Origin: Gekko japonicus
Lineage: Eukaryota
Length of the DNA: 64,000 bases
Direction of reading: 5' to 3'
Assembly (NCBI RefSeq): GCF_001447785.1
Contig: NW_015160936.1
Coordinates: 72,333-136,332, forward strand
The position numbers and the translations under genes are program-made. This document shows, piece by piece, positions 37,750 to 51,298 of this stretch (positions within the stretch are counted from its first letter, which is position 1; the number at the start of each line of letters is the position of its first letter). Under the pieces are notes generated by a model that was given only the letters and a program-made list of their open reading frames with translations, made no database searches and was not told where the DNA came from.

Positions 37750-38400
37750 TGACCAGAGGTCTTAAGCCAAACGTACAAACAGCTACTATAAAATGCATTA
37801 CATATAATTACAAGATAATTTAGACCAAACATTTTTACAATAAAACTAATAAATATACTCATAAACAATATTGATAGACAACATTTTATAAACTTCCATA
37901 AATTCTATAAAATCCCATGATACTATGGAAATTAGTTTTAGAATTTTAAAATTTGTATACATAAAACTACAGCATTTCAAAGCCACTTTAAAAATAGCAC
38001 ACACTATCGAATGATATTTTGCCACCAAGCAAGTAGTTTCAGGGTCTTCATCTGCTAGCAGTATGGTTATCACCCAAGGTTCCATAGGGAGGTGATATCT
38101 ATGTAAAATGGGAGTAATCCAACAGGATCTGGGGCCACTGGTGGCAAAATAACATAAGATGATTTAAGGTCTCTATTGCACATGATCTACAATTGCACAA
38201 TCTATTTCAATACTGTTTTTTAGCAAAACGGCCACTTAGCTCTGCAGTTGGAAAAACATTCAACCTAGCAAGCGTGAAGACATATCTAAATCTAGGGGAT
38301 GTAAGGAAGTTCATATATGAGGGAATTTTCTTAGGTGGCACAATCCCTAAGGCAGAGTTGGAGATACCTGCTTTTATTGTATTTTTGTATTCTCCGTATC
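37750..38400 (-). mobile_element. LINE 3' fragment (RTE-X-like)
   Basis: Minus strand: IPSYMNFLTSPRFRYVFTLARLNVFP...GRF...RLCNC..IETLNHLMLFC...LLADEDPETTCLVAKY. The 3' tail ...CTGGTCAATGAA is split from its AATAAA by the MITE. Confidence 0.6.
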
Positions 38401-40908
38401 TACTGTGGTTTCGAATTTTGCTTCCAACATTTTGAACAATAAAAATATGACAAAAGACATGTCAGTTCCTGAAACTGTCTTCACTTTCATTGTGAGGAAG
38501 CTGTTTCTGAATCGCTTTTAGGATCTTCTAGAAATTCTCAACACGGTATTGCAAACTGAAGCCCACTTCTTCAGATACTGGTTCAGATTCTAGAAATGCT
38601 GTTTCTTGACGTCTATTTAATTTTAATTTTCAGATCTCCAGCAATGACCTAGCTTCATATATTGTGCAATAGGTGCATGAGAAACATTTATCAAATGTTA
38701 TCAAACCTTTCATAAGTTTCCCGAAATAAAGAAGCAGTGAGCTTTCTTAAGGAATGCTAATCCCGGGTTCATTCACTGTTGAATGTCTGCTGGTGGCCGT
38801 ATTTTGAAAAGTCAGAAGCCCAGTTCATCAACCTAGATATTGCTTGCTATTTTGAAATTCAGAAAGCTAATAGCACTATGTTGAATATTTGATGGGGGGA
38901 GGGGGAATACATTGCTATGATTTGCACTGGTAATCAGTACAAGCTATGATGAGCTGTGCTGAAATCATGGTACTGAAAGCAAATGAACAGGCATGAATGA
39001 TGCATTTGACCTCTTCCTCTTGGTTGGATTCCCTGGCTTTACCTTATGACTGGTGTCACGCTGATTAAGATGATATGAACAACCTTGAATGTACTAGGAA
39101 TCTCTCTGACATCAGATTCCTCAGCAAGGGGTTTGCAGATCTCTACTGAGACATCTGAGGTCTCCATATTTTACTGCACTCCCCACCAAACTTCATAACC
39201 CCTATCTTCAGTTCTGGTGACCACTTTTTGTTGAAAGGCTTTCTATACACCAAACTGATATGAAGTCTGTTGTATTTCTAATGAGGTTTGGAGAGGCAGG
39301 GTGGGAAGAAGAAAGAACATTACTGATGACTTTATGACACCTTCTAACTGAGATTTAATGAAGTAACTCCTTAATCCTATGACCTATGCGACTTAGGAGT
39401 TTATATTTTGGTTAGTCATTAACTTTTTTTTTGTTATCTGCTCAAACAAGGTCCAACACAGCTATTATTTGCAGGACTTTGAGTTGGGAAAATTTATCTA
39501 TTTTTAGCAGTTTTGCTCTTCTCATGAACAATGTGCCAGTGGGCTTGTGTAATAGAAAACGAGATTAGCACCCAATCACATTTCCCAGAGCATTTCTCAA
39601 ATGGGCTCAAGAGATCAGTAAAAACAATTCATTGTGCAAGGCTCTCGGTCAGCAGTTTATGTGATGAAAGGTCAGCAATGAGGCCCAGAACTCTACTGCA
39701 AGTAAATGGAATTTTTAAAATGTCCTGTTTCCCTAGGATGCTATATAAAGGTTCCAGGCTGGCATATGGCAGCAACATTTTTTCTAGGAATACCCTACCC
39801 CAGCCGTTCTTTTCTTTTGTAGCCCCCCCCCTTACTAGTGTTCATTGAGGCTCAGAGTTTTCTCCTGCAGCTGGTGACTCCCAAATGAAGAGTAACACTC
39901 ATCTCTCCCTTCCTTAAAAAGCAGAAATTTAAAAATCTTAATAGCCCTGATCTTACTCCTGTGGTTTTATGGTTGTCTTTCAAATAAGAGCTACTTCCTA
40001 CGCCTCTCTTTCCTTGACACCTATCATTTAGTTCCACAGCGACAGTGCTGCCACTGTTCTGACACCTGTCCAGCTACATTTCAGTTTTTGAAATTTATTT
40101 TATTTTTATTTATTTGTATCCCACTTTTCTCCCCATTAGGAACCTGAAGCGGCTCACATCATCCTGAAATACTGCAGAGACACTTTTTTGTTGTGAACTT
40201 CCATCTGGGTTCTTTGTGGGGTTTTTATTTCATTTACTGTGGGGTTTTATCCAAGTTTCTAAGCTCTCTGCTTGCCAGCCACCCTCTTGAGCCTTGTTGC
40301 TTATCTGCCACTCCGAGGACTCTATTTCCTGCAAGTGTCATCCTTATTTTCATTTCCTCTGTTTCCATTCTCCTTTTAAATAATTCTGTTCCCCTTTTGC
40401 TTACTCCTACAGCAATCTGGCTCTTTGCTCTATTGTCCATGTCCTATCACAGGCTAAAGTACCACATCTTTGTTAAGGGCTTTCTCCTGCAACATGGTCA
40501 GTTCTGGGTTCGATTTGCAATTTCTCTCTCTTCTTTTCAAACTGATGAGCCAACTGCTATTCTCAGTTTGCTTAGCTCTGTGCTGCTTGGTTATGATGTG
40601 GTGTGGTCTGAAGCATTTTTTGTGGTGCAGTTGCCACACTGCTTTGGAGCCCTTAATGCTGGAACTGAAGAAATGTCTCCTTGCAGGGCGGAGTTCCCTG
40701 AGTCCCGCAATGAGTGATTTGAGGGTGGCCTGAAGGTTATTATAGAGTGCACAGTTGTTTAAGTATCATGATTTGTGGTTGAACTGGCAAATTAGGAAAT
40801 GGGAATGAATTTGTAAAGATCAAGCCAGTGGTAGTCCAGCATGCTATTTCCATCAGTACCCAGTATCCGCCACTAAAACACCAAGGCTTATTCAGATAGA
40901 TATTATGG

Positions 40909-41030
40909 GTGATGAAGTGTGCAAGCACATGAAAGCTTATATCCAGAATTAAACTTTTGTTGGTCTTAAAGATGCCACTGGACTCAAACTTTGTTCTATT
41001 GCTTCAGATCAATAGATCAACACACCCCTG
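40909..41030 (+). mobile_element. Penelope-like terminal repeat (degenerate)
   Basis: Inverse copy of 30482-30603. Confidence 0.55.
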
Positions 41031-41161
41031 AATCAGTCAACAGTAGACCTATTCTTCATACATCTGTTTCTTTTAAACTGACAGGCCAGCAACACATCTT
41101 GTGGCAGTGAGTTCCAACCATCACCTTTTGTATGGCCTTACTCTCATTGGTGTTTAACACG

Positions 41162-41399
41162 TAGGGTTGCCAAGGTCCTCCCAGGTCACTTCCGGGCGAC
41201 GGGAACATAGGGTTGCCAGATTCAGGTTGGGAAACTCCTGGAGATTTGGGGTGGAGCCTGGAGAGGACACGGACCTCAGTGGAGTCCATCCTCCAAAGAA
41301 TCTGTTGTCTTCAGGGGAACTGATCTCTGTAGTCTGGAGATAAGATGCAATTCCAGGGGACCTCCAGGCCCCACCTTGAGGCTGGCCTGGCATCCCTAC
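41162..41399. mobile_element. hAT (Blackjack-like) MITE abutting the DDHD2 CpG island
   Basis: TIR TAGGGTTGCCA...TGGCATCCCTA, flanked by a duplicated TTAACACG. Confidence 0.75.
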
Positions 41400-42210
41400 T
41401 TAACACGGCTGGAGTGAATAAACCAAAACGCGAATCAGACGGCTTTGCCACGGGCGGGTCTGATTCATCTGGACACCACGCAACCAAGAACCGATCTCGC
41501 ATCAGGTCCGAAAGACAGGGGGGGAAGCATTCCGAAATGGGTCCCTTTAACCGGCGGCCCCTAGACCCCCCCTCCCCCTCCGCCAATACGAGGAAACGTG
41601 TCATCTACGCTGCAGAGAAAGCTCCTCCTCGCGCAGGCAGAGACGCCGCCAGTGGCACGGCCGCGGAGGAGGCGAGCTAGGCCCGGCCCCGCCCCGCGGG
41701 AGGGCGGGCAGAAGGGTGAGCTGTTGCCAGCCCCGCCGCCAGCAAGGCCCGGCTCGTGCGCGGGTCAGCCCCAGCCTAGCGGAACGTCACCCCGGAAGAA
41801 TGGGTGGGCGGTGGTGGTCGTGACTAGGGGCAGGCGGGGGAGGGCAGGAGGCGAGGGAGTGGGGCGGCGCGGCGATCGATGGCTGGAGGGCGCGATGCGG
41901 TTGGGGATGCTGGTTCGGGGGGAGCGAGCGGGGTGGGTGGCGGAGAATAGTGAGATCGTGTGTACTCCCCAAGGAACTCCGGGCGGCGTGCGAGGCTCTC
42001 CCCGCTGCTGTCTTAACCTCACACGACGCCCCTGGGAGGCTGGCCGGGTGAAGGGACTGGCCCAGCGTCATCTAGTGCGCCTCCCGGCTTCTCCCTTTTC
42101 GGATTTGAGCCCTGAGGTGCTCAGGAGAAAGGCAGGAGGGGGGATAAATCTTTTGTCCTCACGGGAACCTGGAGGGAGGGGAGGGGGTGGCGAGCAAGAA
42201 TGGCTGGGTC
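41400..42210 (+). promoter_or_regulatory. CpG island, DDHD2 promoter and probable non-coding exon 1 (donor AGG|gtgagc at 41715/41716)
   Basis: Very GC/CpG-rich. Sp1 GC-boxes at about 41686 and an ETS-like CCGGAAG at about 41792. Lies 3 kb upstream of the first DDHD2 coding exon, which starts with an acceptor site. Confidence 0.75.
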
Positions 42211-42749
42211 GCACCCAGAGAGCTTCGTGCCTTCTGCTTCTTCTCATTCTAGCCTTACCCACCTCACAGGGTTGTTGTGAGGGTAAGATGGTGACTGCCC
42301 AGTATCAACCACTGAGCTCTATGGCTTCTGTATCCTCTCATTTCATTTGTGCAGCAGTCTTATGGAGTATATTAGACTGAGGCAGAGACTGACCCAAGGT
42401 TATCCGGTTAAGCCTCTTGGCTAAACAGGAATTTGAACCCAGATCTTCCCGAGTCCTGTTAGATATTCTGGGTGTTTTATGCCACAGTGGCTCCACAGTT
42501 TATTGGGTGGAAGGAAGGAATGAGGTTGTGGGAATGGTGTGGAAGTTTCTTGAGGGTGGTGTCATACAGACTGGCACTCTTTATTTTTTAAAAAATAGTG
42601 GTATGTATATAGCAGCCTGCTATGGATGCAGGTGACCTGTGACTGGTAGGTGGTATTGGGAGGAGAGGTGTTTTTGTAACTAGAGCTGAGGAAATCAGAG
42701 ATGGCTATGTGTGGGAGAAGTCAGTGTATCTTGTTGTTTAGTTAATTCT

Positions 42750-42950
42750 TTTCGTTCCCACTTTTCTCCCCAATGGAGGCCCAGAGTGGCTTACATCGTT
42801 TTCCTCTCCTCCATTTTATCCTTACACCAACCCTGTGAGGGAGGTTAGGCTGAATGACTGTGAGTGGCCCAAGGTCAAGCAGCAAGCTTCCATGGCAGAG
42901 TGGGGAATCGAACCTGAGTCTCCCAGATCCTAGGCTGGCACCTTAACCAC
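42750..42950 (-). mobile_element. tRNA-derived CORE/MIR-like SINE
   Basis: CAACCCTGTGAGG..GTTAGGCTG...GGCCCAAGGTCA...GGGAATCGAACC (reverse B-box)...CTTAACCAC. Confidence 0.7.
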
Positions 42951-45109
42951 CAGCCTGCACTTTCCATTCCAGGTGTACTGTTCAAGAGAGTATCAGTGCT
43001 ATGTTTAGGGATGGAGCACTAAAAAACTGCCATATTGGGGAGGAGAAGAGCTCTCTCTCTGTGTTGTGGTGGGCAGGGGTTTTACTTTACTGGGCTACAG
43101 GGTATCAGTGCCTGTGAGGATACAGAAATAATTGTGTGTGTGTTTTCTTGGGGGGGGGGAACATTAGTATCTAAGGAGTAAGCAGACTGCTTGGAGAGTA
43201 AGAAACCAGGAGAAATACTGAGAAGGGGTCACAGTTCCTATAGGGTGGTTCTTAGAGGTTTAGGCACCATGTAGAAACGACCATGAATGAAAATGGCATG
43301 TGGATTAGTTGCAAAGTGACCGGTACTCAGAGGATGATGAATAAAGTACTGGGGAAAGGATAACGTTAGGTTAACAATTACAGTGGGTCACTTTTAGATT
43401 TGAGGCCAAGTAGCACGTTAGAGACCAGTTACTGGCTAAGAGACAGCCGTGTGCATCACGTTGCATCTCTAGCATCAGTAATGGCCGTAGGCAGCTGTAT
43501 GCCAATGTGCTGTTTCGTCATGACTGTTTCTGTAGATCCTTCCTTGGGCACAGTGAGCATTATGGAATTAGGAATGGTATTTGGTGTGCTCAATTAACTA
43601 AAGCAGTGGGTGGGAAGATGTCGAGATTGTTGGCTGGATGTTGTCAATAAACCCTATACTTAGACAGAAGTTGGACATCGGCCCTCCTACACAGGAATCG
43701 ATTTTCCATAACATTGCTGATGAATGTGTTTCATTAACATATTCCCTCTATGTTATGCAGGGTTAAATTCTAGCAGGAGAATGCCAGTTTGCAAGAGCTA
43801 GGGGTCCTGCCCCATGGTTTCTCCTGTCCTTTCTGAAATAAGCAATCCATTTGCTGCTGCTGAAAATTCACAGACTGTTGGGAATATTTGACTTACACAG
43901 CATAGTGATCTGTACAGACATACATTCACAGTATCCTTTCATTTGGAAATTTCTGGAGAGAGATTCCTGAATCGCAGCATACTACAGAGACAAAAATCAC
44001 ACATACACACACACACACCCCGTGAATATGTGAAGTCACCAGTAGTCTGCAGTGGCAAGTCAAAATGTCAGAGGCTGGTTGGTTTAATGACCATGATATA
44101 AATAATACAAAACCAAGTCTGAGGTGCAGGTGTGAGCTTCTTAAGAGGGTCTCATCTCAAATAATACAAATGGAATATAGTTTTTCTGTAGCAAATTTAA
44201 GATAGCAGAGAACTGACAAAGTAGTTAGGGTTCTGTGGTTGTTAACAGCTCAGATATTATCTTCTTGTTTACATTTTTATGTAACCAAAATGGTTTAATA
44301 GTTTCCTGTCAGCTCGTGATGCTAATATAATTTCCAGATAAATACAGATAATAAAGTTCCCACATAAAACAGTGTGTGATTACAGAACTCTGTATTTTAT
44401 GTGTGTGTTGATTAAAAGGGATGGTGAGATTTGTTCCTATTTCTGTGTTCGTGTGTTTTAAAGCAAAAAGTTCAGTATGTTTAGGAATGCTACTGGAGGA
44501 AATCATGGGACCAAAAGAACTTTGATGGTATTAATTCTTGATGTAATTGTTTAAAAATAATCTAAAGACTTTTTGAAAATTTAGCTCAAAAATCCTGTTT
44601 TTTTAATGTTAAATTACACAATGTAGTCTTTATGCTCATGAATGGTATAGGCTTTTGGAACTGTGGAAGAAGAATCTAAAGCTTGATCTCTGATCCATAT
44701 TAAAGAACATTTTTTGACATAGCTGTGTGGAAAACCTTGCTTCTCGTGGCTTACCAATTTGCCTGTGCATACTGCTCTCATATATTATCAAATCTGGGAC
44801 AGTTACTTTGCTGTTCAGGCATTGGGAGTTCCTTGGCAGATTTAGGAAGAGGCTAGCCACTGAGCCAAAAATTTAACTGTTTTACTTATTCCGCACTCTT
44901 CATCCATGTTCCTATGCTTGTTTTAGTTTGAGAAACTTGATAAGAAGTCACTTTGTGCAGCTTCTGTTTAACTGTTTGTAAACACTTCCACTTTTGTTTA
45001 GCTTTCTTTTTCAGAAATTGTGTTTTAATTCCTGTGTGCAAGGAAACCAAATTTTTGTGTGAAAAAAGTTCAGCTCATTCAGTCTTCTTGTGTTCTTCCA
45101 GGCAGTGCA

Positions 45110-45314
45110 ATGTCAGCAGCAGAACCGCAACCAACGGAGGCTTCTCCATCATTGAATTCATCCAGCTTCTTTGAGGCAGCAGAAACAGATACAGCGAATA
45201 AATATGAGCCGGTTTCCCCACACTGGTTTTATTGCAAAGAAGCCGATTCCAGAGAAAGGTGGATTCCCTTTAGTGGACAAGATTCAGAGAAGTTAGAACA
45301 TTTTTACCAATCCA
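45110..45314 (+). CDS. DDHD2: DDHD2 first coding exon (intracellular phospholipase A1 / TAG lipase)
   Basis: Acceptor ttccag| at 45101, ATG at 45110. Encodes MSAAEPQ...KYEPVSPHWFYCKEADSRERWIPFSGQDSEKLE. Donor A|gtaagt. Confidence 0.94.
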
Positions 45315-45824
45315 GTAAGTTGATTGGGAGAGGAGGTATTTTTCTGTACAGGACTGAAGATTCCAGGCTAGTAATCTTTTACTGCACTCTATAATGCATT
45401 TGAGGAGTTCAGAGGTGTACAAAAATCTATCATCACCTAATTCTGACATATCTTCCCTTTGCAAAGTGTCTTGTGACCTGGCTGCATAGTTTATTCAGAC
45501 TGAATCATGGATGTCTTAAATGAAACAGGTTATCAAGACTTCTGAGTTTTTCAAGCTTGAAATCCCTGATGGTTTTCTGAGTTTTTCAAGCTTGAAATCC
45601 CTGAAATCCCTTGAAATCCCTGACCGGAACCGGAAGCCTTTGATGTATTGAGTGCTTTACTAATTTTTGGTCTCTAAGCAACACTGAAAAGTATGATTCA
45701 CAGTTATGAATGCCAAGTGATCAGAAGTTGCTTCGGTCTCAAAAACAGAAGTACTGTAAACAGCACCTGACTTTGTACTTTTGTGTGAGATCTGTTGGCT
45801 GTTGGGAAGTGTGCAGAGGTGTGT

Positions 45825-46008
45825 GTGTAAAGTACCATCACGTCTCAGCTGAGTTATGGCAACCCCAGCAAGGGGCTTTCAGGTGAGAAGCAGAGGAGGT
45901 TTTCCATTGCCTTCCTCTGCAGTCTTCTTTGGTGGTCTCCCATCCAAATACTAACCAGGGCTGACCCTGCTTAGCTTCTGAAATCTGATGAGATTGGGCT
46001 GTACCATG
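45825..46008 (-). mobile_element. 5S-derived SINE
   Basis: GGTCTCCCATCCAAATACTAACCAGGGCTGACCCTGCTTAGCTTCTGA is the reverse complement of the 5S rRNA box A/C region. Confidence 0.75.
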
Positions 46009-46638
46009 CCTCCTTCCCTCCCACATGTAGAGGTATAGGGAGGGAAATTTAGCTGAAGTAACATGGAAAGATCAATCAAATATTTATGGCACGATGTCTG
46101 CCCACATATTCATTTTGAAAACATTTTGTATTTTCAAAGCTATTTCTACAGTTTCTTTATAAAAAGAAAACCTAGAAATATGTAGTATTCTATGCGTAAT
46201 GTTGCATTCTCTGCAAACGGCCTCTCATTTTCGCAGATCCTGTTTTTAAATTCATTTTAACAGGTAGCATAAAATGATAATTCTTTAAAGGTTGGAAGTC
46301 TATTTTTTTTAATTTAACGAGGTGATGCTGCTATTAATAGCCACTATATCATGCTGAAAAACAAAATCCTGCTCTATATAGGCTATTCTGTCTCTGTATT
46401 ACGTTTTGAATTGTATACTCTTGAACAATTTCAGAGTATGAGTTATGGGTTCTGATCCAGCCCCTTATTTCTGGATGTCTTGTGCTGGCTGGTTGAATTG
46501 TTTTCTGTGTTCCGTAATCTGCCTTGAGTCTTGGTGAGAAAGGTGGGCTATAAATGAAGTAAATAAAATAAAAAGTGTGTGGCTTTTTAGTATCTACAGT
46601 TTAGTTCCTCCTTTTATCACACTCCTTGTGTTATGCAG

Positions 46639-46826
46639 GTAAAGACTGTGAGGAGCTGGTTGTTCCAACAGAAGGGGGCAGATATGATGTGCATTTGAAG
46701 AAGAGGCTCCGTTGTGCTGTCTATTGGGAGGAAAAAGACTCTGAAGTAAGGCGGTGCACTTGGTTTTACAAAGGAGAAGACAACAAATATATTCCATACT
46801 CTGAAAGCTTCAGTGAAGAGTTGGAG
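46639..46826 (+). CDS. DDHD2: DDHD2 exon (WWE-like region)
   Basis: atgcag|GT...GAG|gtaatg; [13 protein letters not shown]...[11 protein letters not shown]...[11 protein letters not shown]. Confidence 0.96.
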
Positions 46827-47958
46827 GTAATGTTGATTTAAGGACATCAGTCGTGTCCCATCATGCATTTTTCTGATCTCCTTGAGAATGTCCGACTTCA
46901 TAGTGCCACAACCTGAGCGAGCTCTTAGCTAGTCATCCCTTTCCAGTGAAAGTAGTATTACAGGGCCATTTAAATTTGATTTCAATTAATATCCAAACGG
47001 CCTCCTGGCTAGTCCTTTCCTTCCCGTGTCAGTAGTGAGATTTAATCAGTTATAGGCAGTACACGCAGGTCTTCTACTGCTGTGTTTACATCTGCTCTTC
47101 TGATAGACCTTTAGTTTCTTCTATGTGGCAAATAAGCCTTTCTACTTTGTCTGTTATCTGTTTTATTCTCACAAATGGAGCCTGATTGTAAACTGAATAA
47201 ATTTTTGTGCACAAATTGAATGGAGAGGGGTGGGGGGAGAGAGAGAATTAATATGGTGCATGGTGAAAATAACCTCTAATGGCGGTTGTGCTGTAGAAAT
47301 GTCATCTTTACATATCTGCGTGCCATCTCACAAATGGAATCTGGGAAGTGACTAGTACACACATGATCTCAGTCTTAAAGAATTAGTGCACAGGATGATG
47401 TGAGCACATAATGCAAAATTGCCTCATGAGTAAATACTACTTGAAGGAATGATCTATATTGCAAGTATTTAAACAAAGTTTTCATTGCAGATGACAGACC
47501 ATTCCCCCCCCCTTCTCTCTCTCTCAAAAAGTAGCACAATCCTGCCCTTAGATTTTGGTGGGGAGGGGGCATTTCCCAATAAATTTAATAGAGTACCTGC
47601 TGCTTGATGTCCTTATTGAAATTTCTGAAATGAGTGAACAATATTCTCTTGTCACATGGTAGGGACACAAATAAACGTTCTTGGTGACTGCTCCCTCAGT
47701 GAATTATCATGCTATTTTGGTCATGCTGTTAGTAAGGTGGATTAGGGTGGTATGTATATTGGAAAATTAGTTGGGATTTTATTGGCTGGGTACTTTACAC
47801 TGTAGTTATAAAATTGTTTTTTGCTGTTGAATCTTTCACTGTGTTGAATCCTTCATTGTGCTGTCCAGCTAAGGAATCATTCAGTTAAGGTCACAATCAG
47901 ATGTGTGTTTGCACTTAAGACTCTTACTTCCAAGTTACATTGTTGGTATGACCTAAAC

Positions 47959-48184
47959 TAACGGCCCCCAACCTTTTAGAGTATGCAGACACCTTTTTAT
48001 CATCAACATGTTTTTACAGATCCCCCACATAGTAGTAGCTGTACTATCAGTATCCATGGATTGAGAAGATACATAATGACAAAAAAGTCAAACTGACAAT
48101 GCTTAGTGTATATATTTCTTCATGGACCCCTTGTAATAATTCCTGTCCCCTTGGGGTCTCCTGCCTCCAGGTTGGGAACCACTG
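47959..48184. mobile_element. hAT-Charlie-like MITE
   Basis: Degenerate TIR ..CGGCCCCCAACCT / AGGTTGGGAACCACTG. Perfect TSD ACCTAAAC. Confidence 0.7.
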
Positions 48185-48248
48185 ACCTAAACAATGAAGG
48201 GCTCTCTGAAATATGGTTGTCTTGCTAAATATTTTTTTTCCTCCTTAG

Positions 48249-48338
48249 GAAACATATATGATCTGTGTCACACTAGATGAGTGGAAGAGGAAGCTAGAGT
48301 CCCCTTCTAGAGAAATAATAATATTGCATAACCCAAAG
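48249..48338 (+). CDS. DDHD2: DDHD2 exon
   Basis: ccttag|GAA...AAG|gtaagt, 90 nt; [30 protein letters not shown]. Confidence 0.96.
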
Positions 48339-48788
48339 GTAAGTGGCTTTCTCGCACTGAGAAGTTCCTTCTTAAATAATTTTACAACCATTACAAGCTG
48401 TTTTCAGACTATTACTTTACATTTTGACTGCGTTTTAGGACCTTGGAAACATCTGTAAAGAGTGCCTCTGCTTCTTCACTAGTACATTTTAGAATCCTGA
48501 TTGATTGTTTGTGTTGTATAGGCTTGTTATAGCCTTGCAAATACACTCAAGTTTAATATATGTTGGTACAGAAAGATTCCTGGGTGGCTTGCTTGAAAAA
48601 TAATAGAAGTACATCTTACAATATGTTGGGATGGGGTGAAGGTTGCTACCAGCATCCCTACATGTTTTTTTATTCAGATTTTCTTTAGGCTCATATTTTG
48701 GTGATGGAGGCCTTTGAATGTGATTATTTGCACCTCTTTGGTACACTACTACACGTCTAACCTGATTTCTTTTGGTGGTTCTTTCAAG

Positions 48789-48909
48789 CTGATGGTACAT
48801 TACCATCCCGTAGCAGTCTCCGATGACTGGGGTGCAAGTCCCACAGAGCAAGGTCGACCAAGAACAGTAAAGAGAGGAGTGGAAAATATTTCTGTTGAAA
48901 TCCCTATCG
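48789..48909 (+). CDS. DDHD2: DDHD2 exon
   Basis: ttcaag|CTG...G|gtaact, 121 nt; [40 protein letters not shown]. Confidence 0.96.
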
Positions 48910-49312
48910 GTAACTGGATGCTTCCTCTTCAGCTTGTTTGATTTTGAACTTTCTTTACTTTGATGTAATTTTATCCAGGGCATCTTGATTGAAATGGGTT
49001 ATTTAAAGGGCTGCAAGAAATCTTTTTCAAAAAGTAATTTGATAGTTCAGATTTTGAGAGAACAAAATTTTGAAACATGTCTGCTCAAAACTGAAGAGAT
49101 TGTAGATAATGTAAATAGCTATCTCTGTAATAACTTTTCTATTAATCTTTTTTTTAATTTCCTGTAATGATTTACAATAAGGCATTTGAAATTATCAAGG
49201 TTTCATTTTTTAAACGTTACGATTGCTAGTTTGGACCGGTATTTTCTGTGACCCATATTTTGAAAACTATCACACTCATTTGGCAAATGTCTCATCTACA
49301 TGCACTATATAA

Positions 49313-49504
<192 letters not shown>

Positions 49505-50467
49505 TGATGCAGTGGGTCCATAAAGTAGCTTGTGAAAGTAAAAAGAAGAAAACTCAGTACAGAGTACGAAAAAAAAAAATCAGCTAAAGCAATACAAGCC
49601 TTGTGGATGCCGGACACATAGAAGACCTCTCATTGATTCTAATTCCAGAAGACCAACATCAGCCATCGGAGTAATAGATGGATGCTAGATGTGCTCTGAA
49701 ATACAACAGTTTTAAGTAAATGCTTTAAGACAAGCAGGCAGAAAGCCAGCCAAACAGGCCTCTTGAGGAAGGGTATTCTATATCTTTGGTCAAAAACAGC
49801 CCTTGATAGGAGTCCAGTTGGGAGCCAATGAACATTGTTTCAACATTGGAGTAACATACTTTGAACAGCTTGCCCTAATAGCGACCTGGTACCTGCCTGC
49901 ATTCTTAAATATGTGCTTGTTGTCCAGGCAAAAGTACAGTTGTGTTGTATGTTTATTTTAATCCATATCCTTACATACTGTGGTTTCTTGCCTAGAAGCA
50001 ATAAGAGAATTAGTTATTTGGCAGTCTAATAATGCTTGAGCCCTTGCAGGCAGTAAAAACTGCATGTGAGGATTTTGTTAATATTTTACACAGCTACCCA
50101 TCCAGATATTTCTGAGAGGAAACTGGAGATTGTGTTAAAAGTGAATAAATATTTTCAATGTACTTTTGGAAGGGGTAGCATCTCTTGCACAGCATAGCTT
50201 TGAAGACGCTGGATCTTAGAATTAGAAAGAATAGGAAAACTTTACAAAAGGCAAATGTAGACTTACTGCAGATATATCAGGGGACTTACTGTACTGAAAT
50301 ACAGTGATTTAAATTTTCTGGAACTCCTTCATGGTCCTGATTCAGTGAAATGGATGCTAATGTCCTACACAGGAATTTTTCAGAAAAATTAGACTGCAGT
50401 TCCTTTGAAGACAGACTTCCTTAGCTATTTTCATTATAACTCTCATCTACGGTATGTTGTTGTTTTT

Positions 50468-50626
50468 GCTGTCAAGTCACAGCTGACTTGTGGCTACCCC
50501 GTAGGGTTTCCAAGGTGAGAGACTTTCAGAGGTGGTTTGACATTGCCTACCTCTGTGTCATGACCCTGGTATTCCTTGGAGGTCTCCCATCCAAATACTA
50601 GCTAAGGCTGACCCTGCTTAGCTTCT
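50468..50626 (-). mobile_element. 5S-derived SINE
   Basis: Same 5S-like head and GTCACAGCTGACT tail as the other copies. Confidence 0.7.
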
Positions 50627-51165
50627 ACCAGACCAGTGCCGGACCAATGCATTTTAAAAGCCCAGCTGTCTTTAAAAGTCGTGGTGGAACTTTTTGGTTT
50701 TTGATGGTCAGATCCTTTTTATTCTGTTCATTATCACCTAATGCTTCCCCATATAAATTGCAGTTTCAAATGCAGTTGTGCTTGTTTTTATGTGTAGGAT
50801 TGTTTTTCAGAAGCTTGGCAACGCTTGGTTTCCAGTTCACCTCATTTCCTGCATAAATTGGGTAGAAATAGTCTAACAATAGTCTAATAGCAATAGTCTA
50901 ACATGATGACATTCAAATAGTGGGTCTTGAGTACCTTGTGAGTTGATCAGCAGCTTCTGGCTGTGCGTGTGAGAACTGCAAAGCCTTGAAATTCAGAAAC
51001 TGGGATGAACACATTGAGTTGCAGGTGGTGACCACTGTGGTTTGCATACATGAACTAGGTATGGAGTTGCGTGTGCAAAAGCTGAACAAGCTTTAATTAA
51101 TTAATCTCTCGGTGTGTGGTGCAGCGCATGTGGCCGCCGCACTCAAGCTTGAAATTGTTTTCCAG

Positions 51166-51298
51166 TCGATGACTTCCGCAGCGTTTCCTTGAGTATGCTG
51201 CAAGCACACTTCAAGAAAGCTCAGGAGCAACAACAAATTGGCCGAGTTGAATTCCTTCCAGTGAACTGGCACAGTACTTTACATACTGGTGTGGATGT
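51166..51298 (+). CDS. DDHD2: DDHD2 exon
   Basis: ttccag|TC...GT|gtaagt, 133 nt; [43 protein letters not shown]. Confidence 0.96.

Noticed and set aside
38450-39280. Coding-like minus-strand stretches between BAG4 and DDHD2
   Set aside because: The frames are short and broken by stops, with no recognisable protein and no consistent splice pattern.
40193-40733. 174-aa hydrophobic plus-strand ORF and overlapping minus-strand frames upstream of DDHD2
   Set aside because: No ATG start and no recognisable homology. The hydrophobicity reflects T/C-rich composition. A hidden antisense gene cannot be supported from sequence alone.
41598-42380. 260-aa ORF over the DDHD2 CpG island
   Set aside because: Low-complexity Arg/Gly/Pro-rich translation typical of stop-poor GC-rich DNA. 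It runs into SINE sequence and has no recognisable domain.
45930-46005. 5S rRNA gene call
   Set aside because: Partial, diverged, fused to a SINE body, with no poly-T terminator. It is a SINE head.
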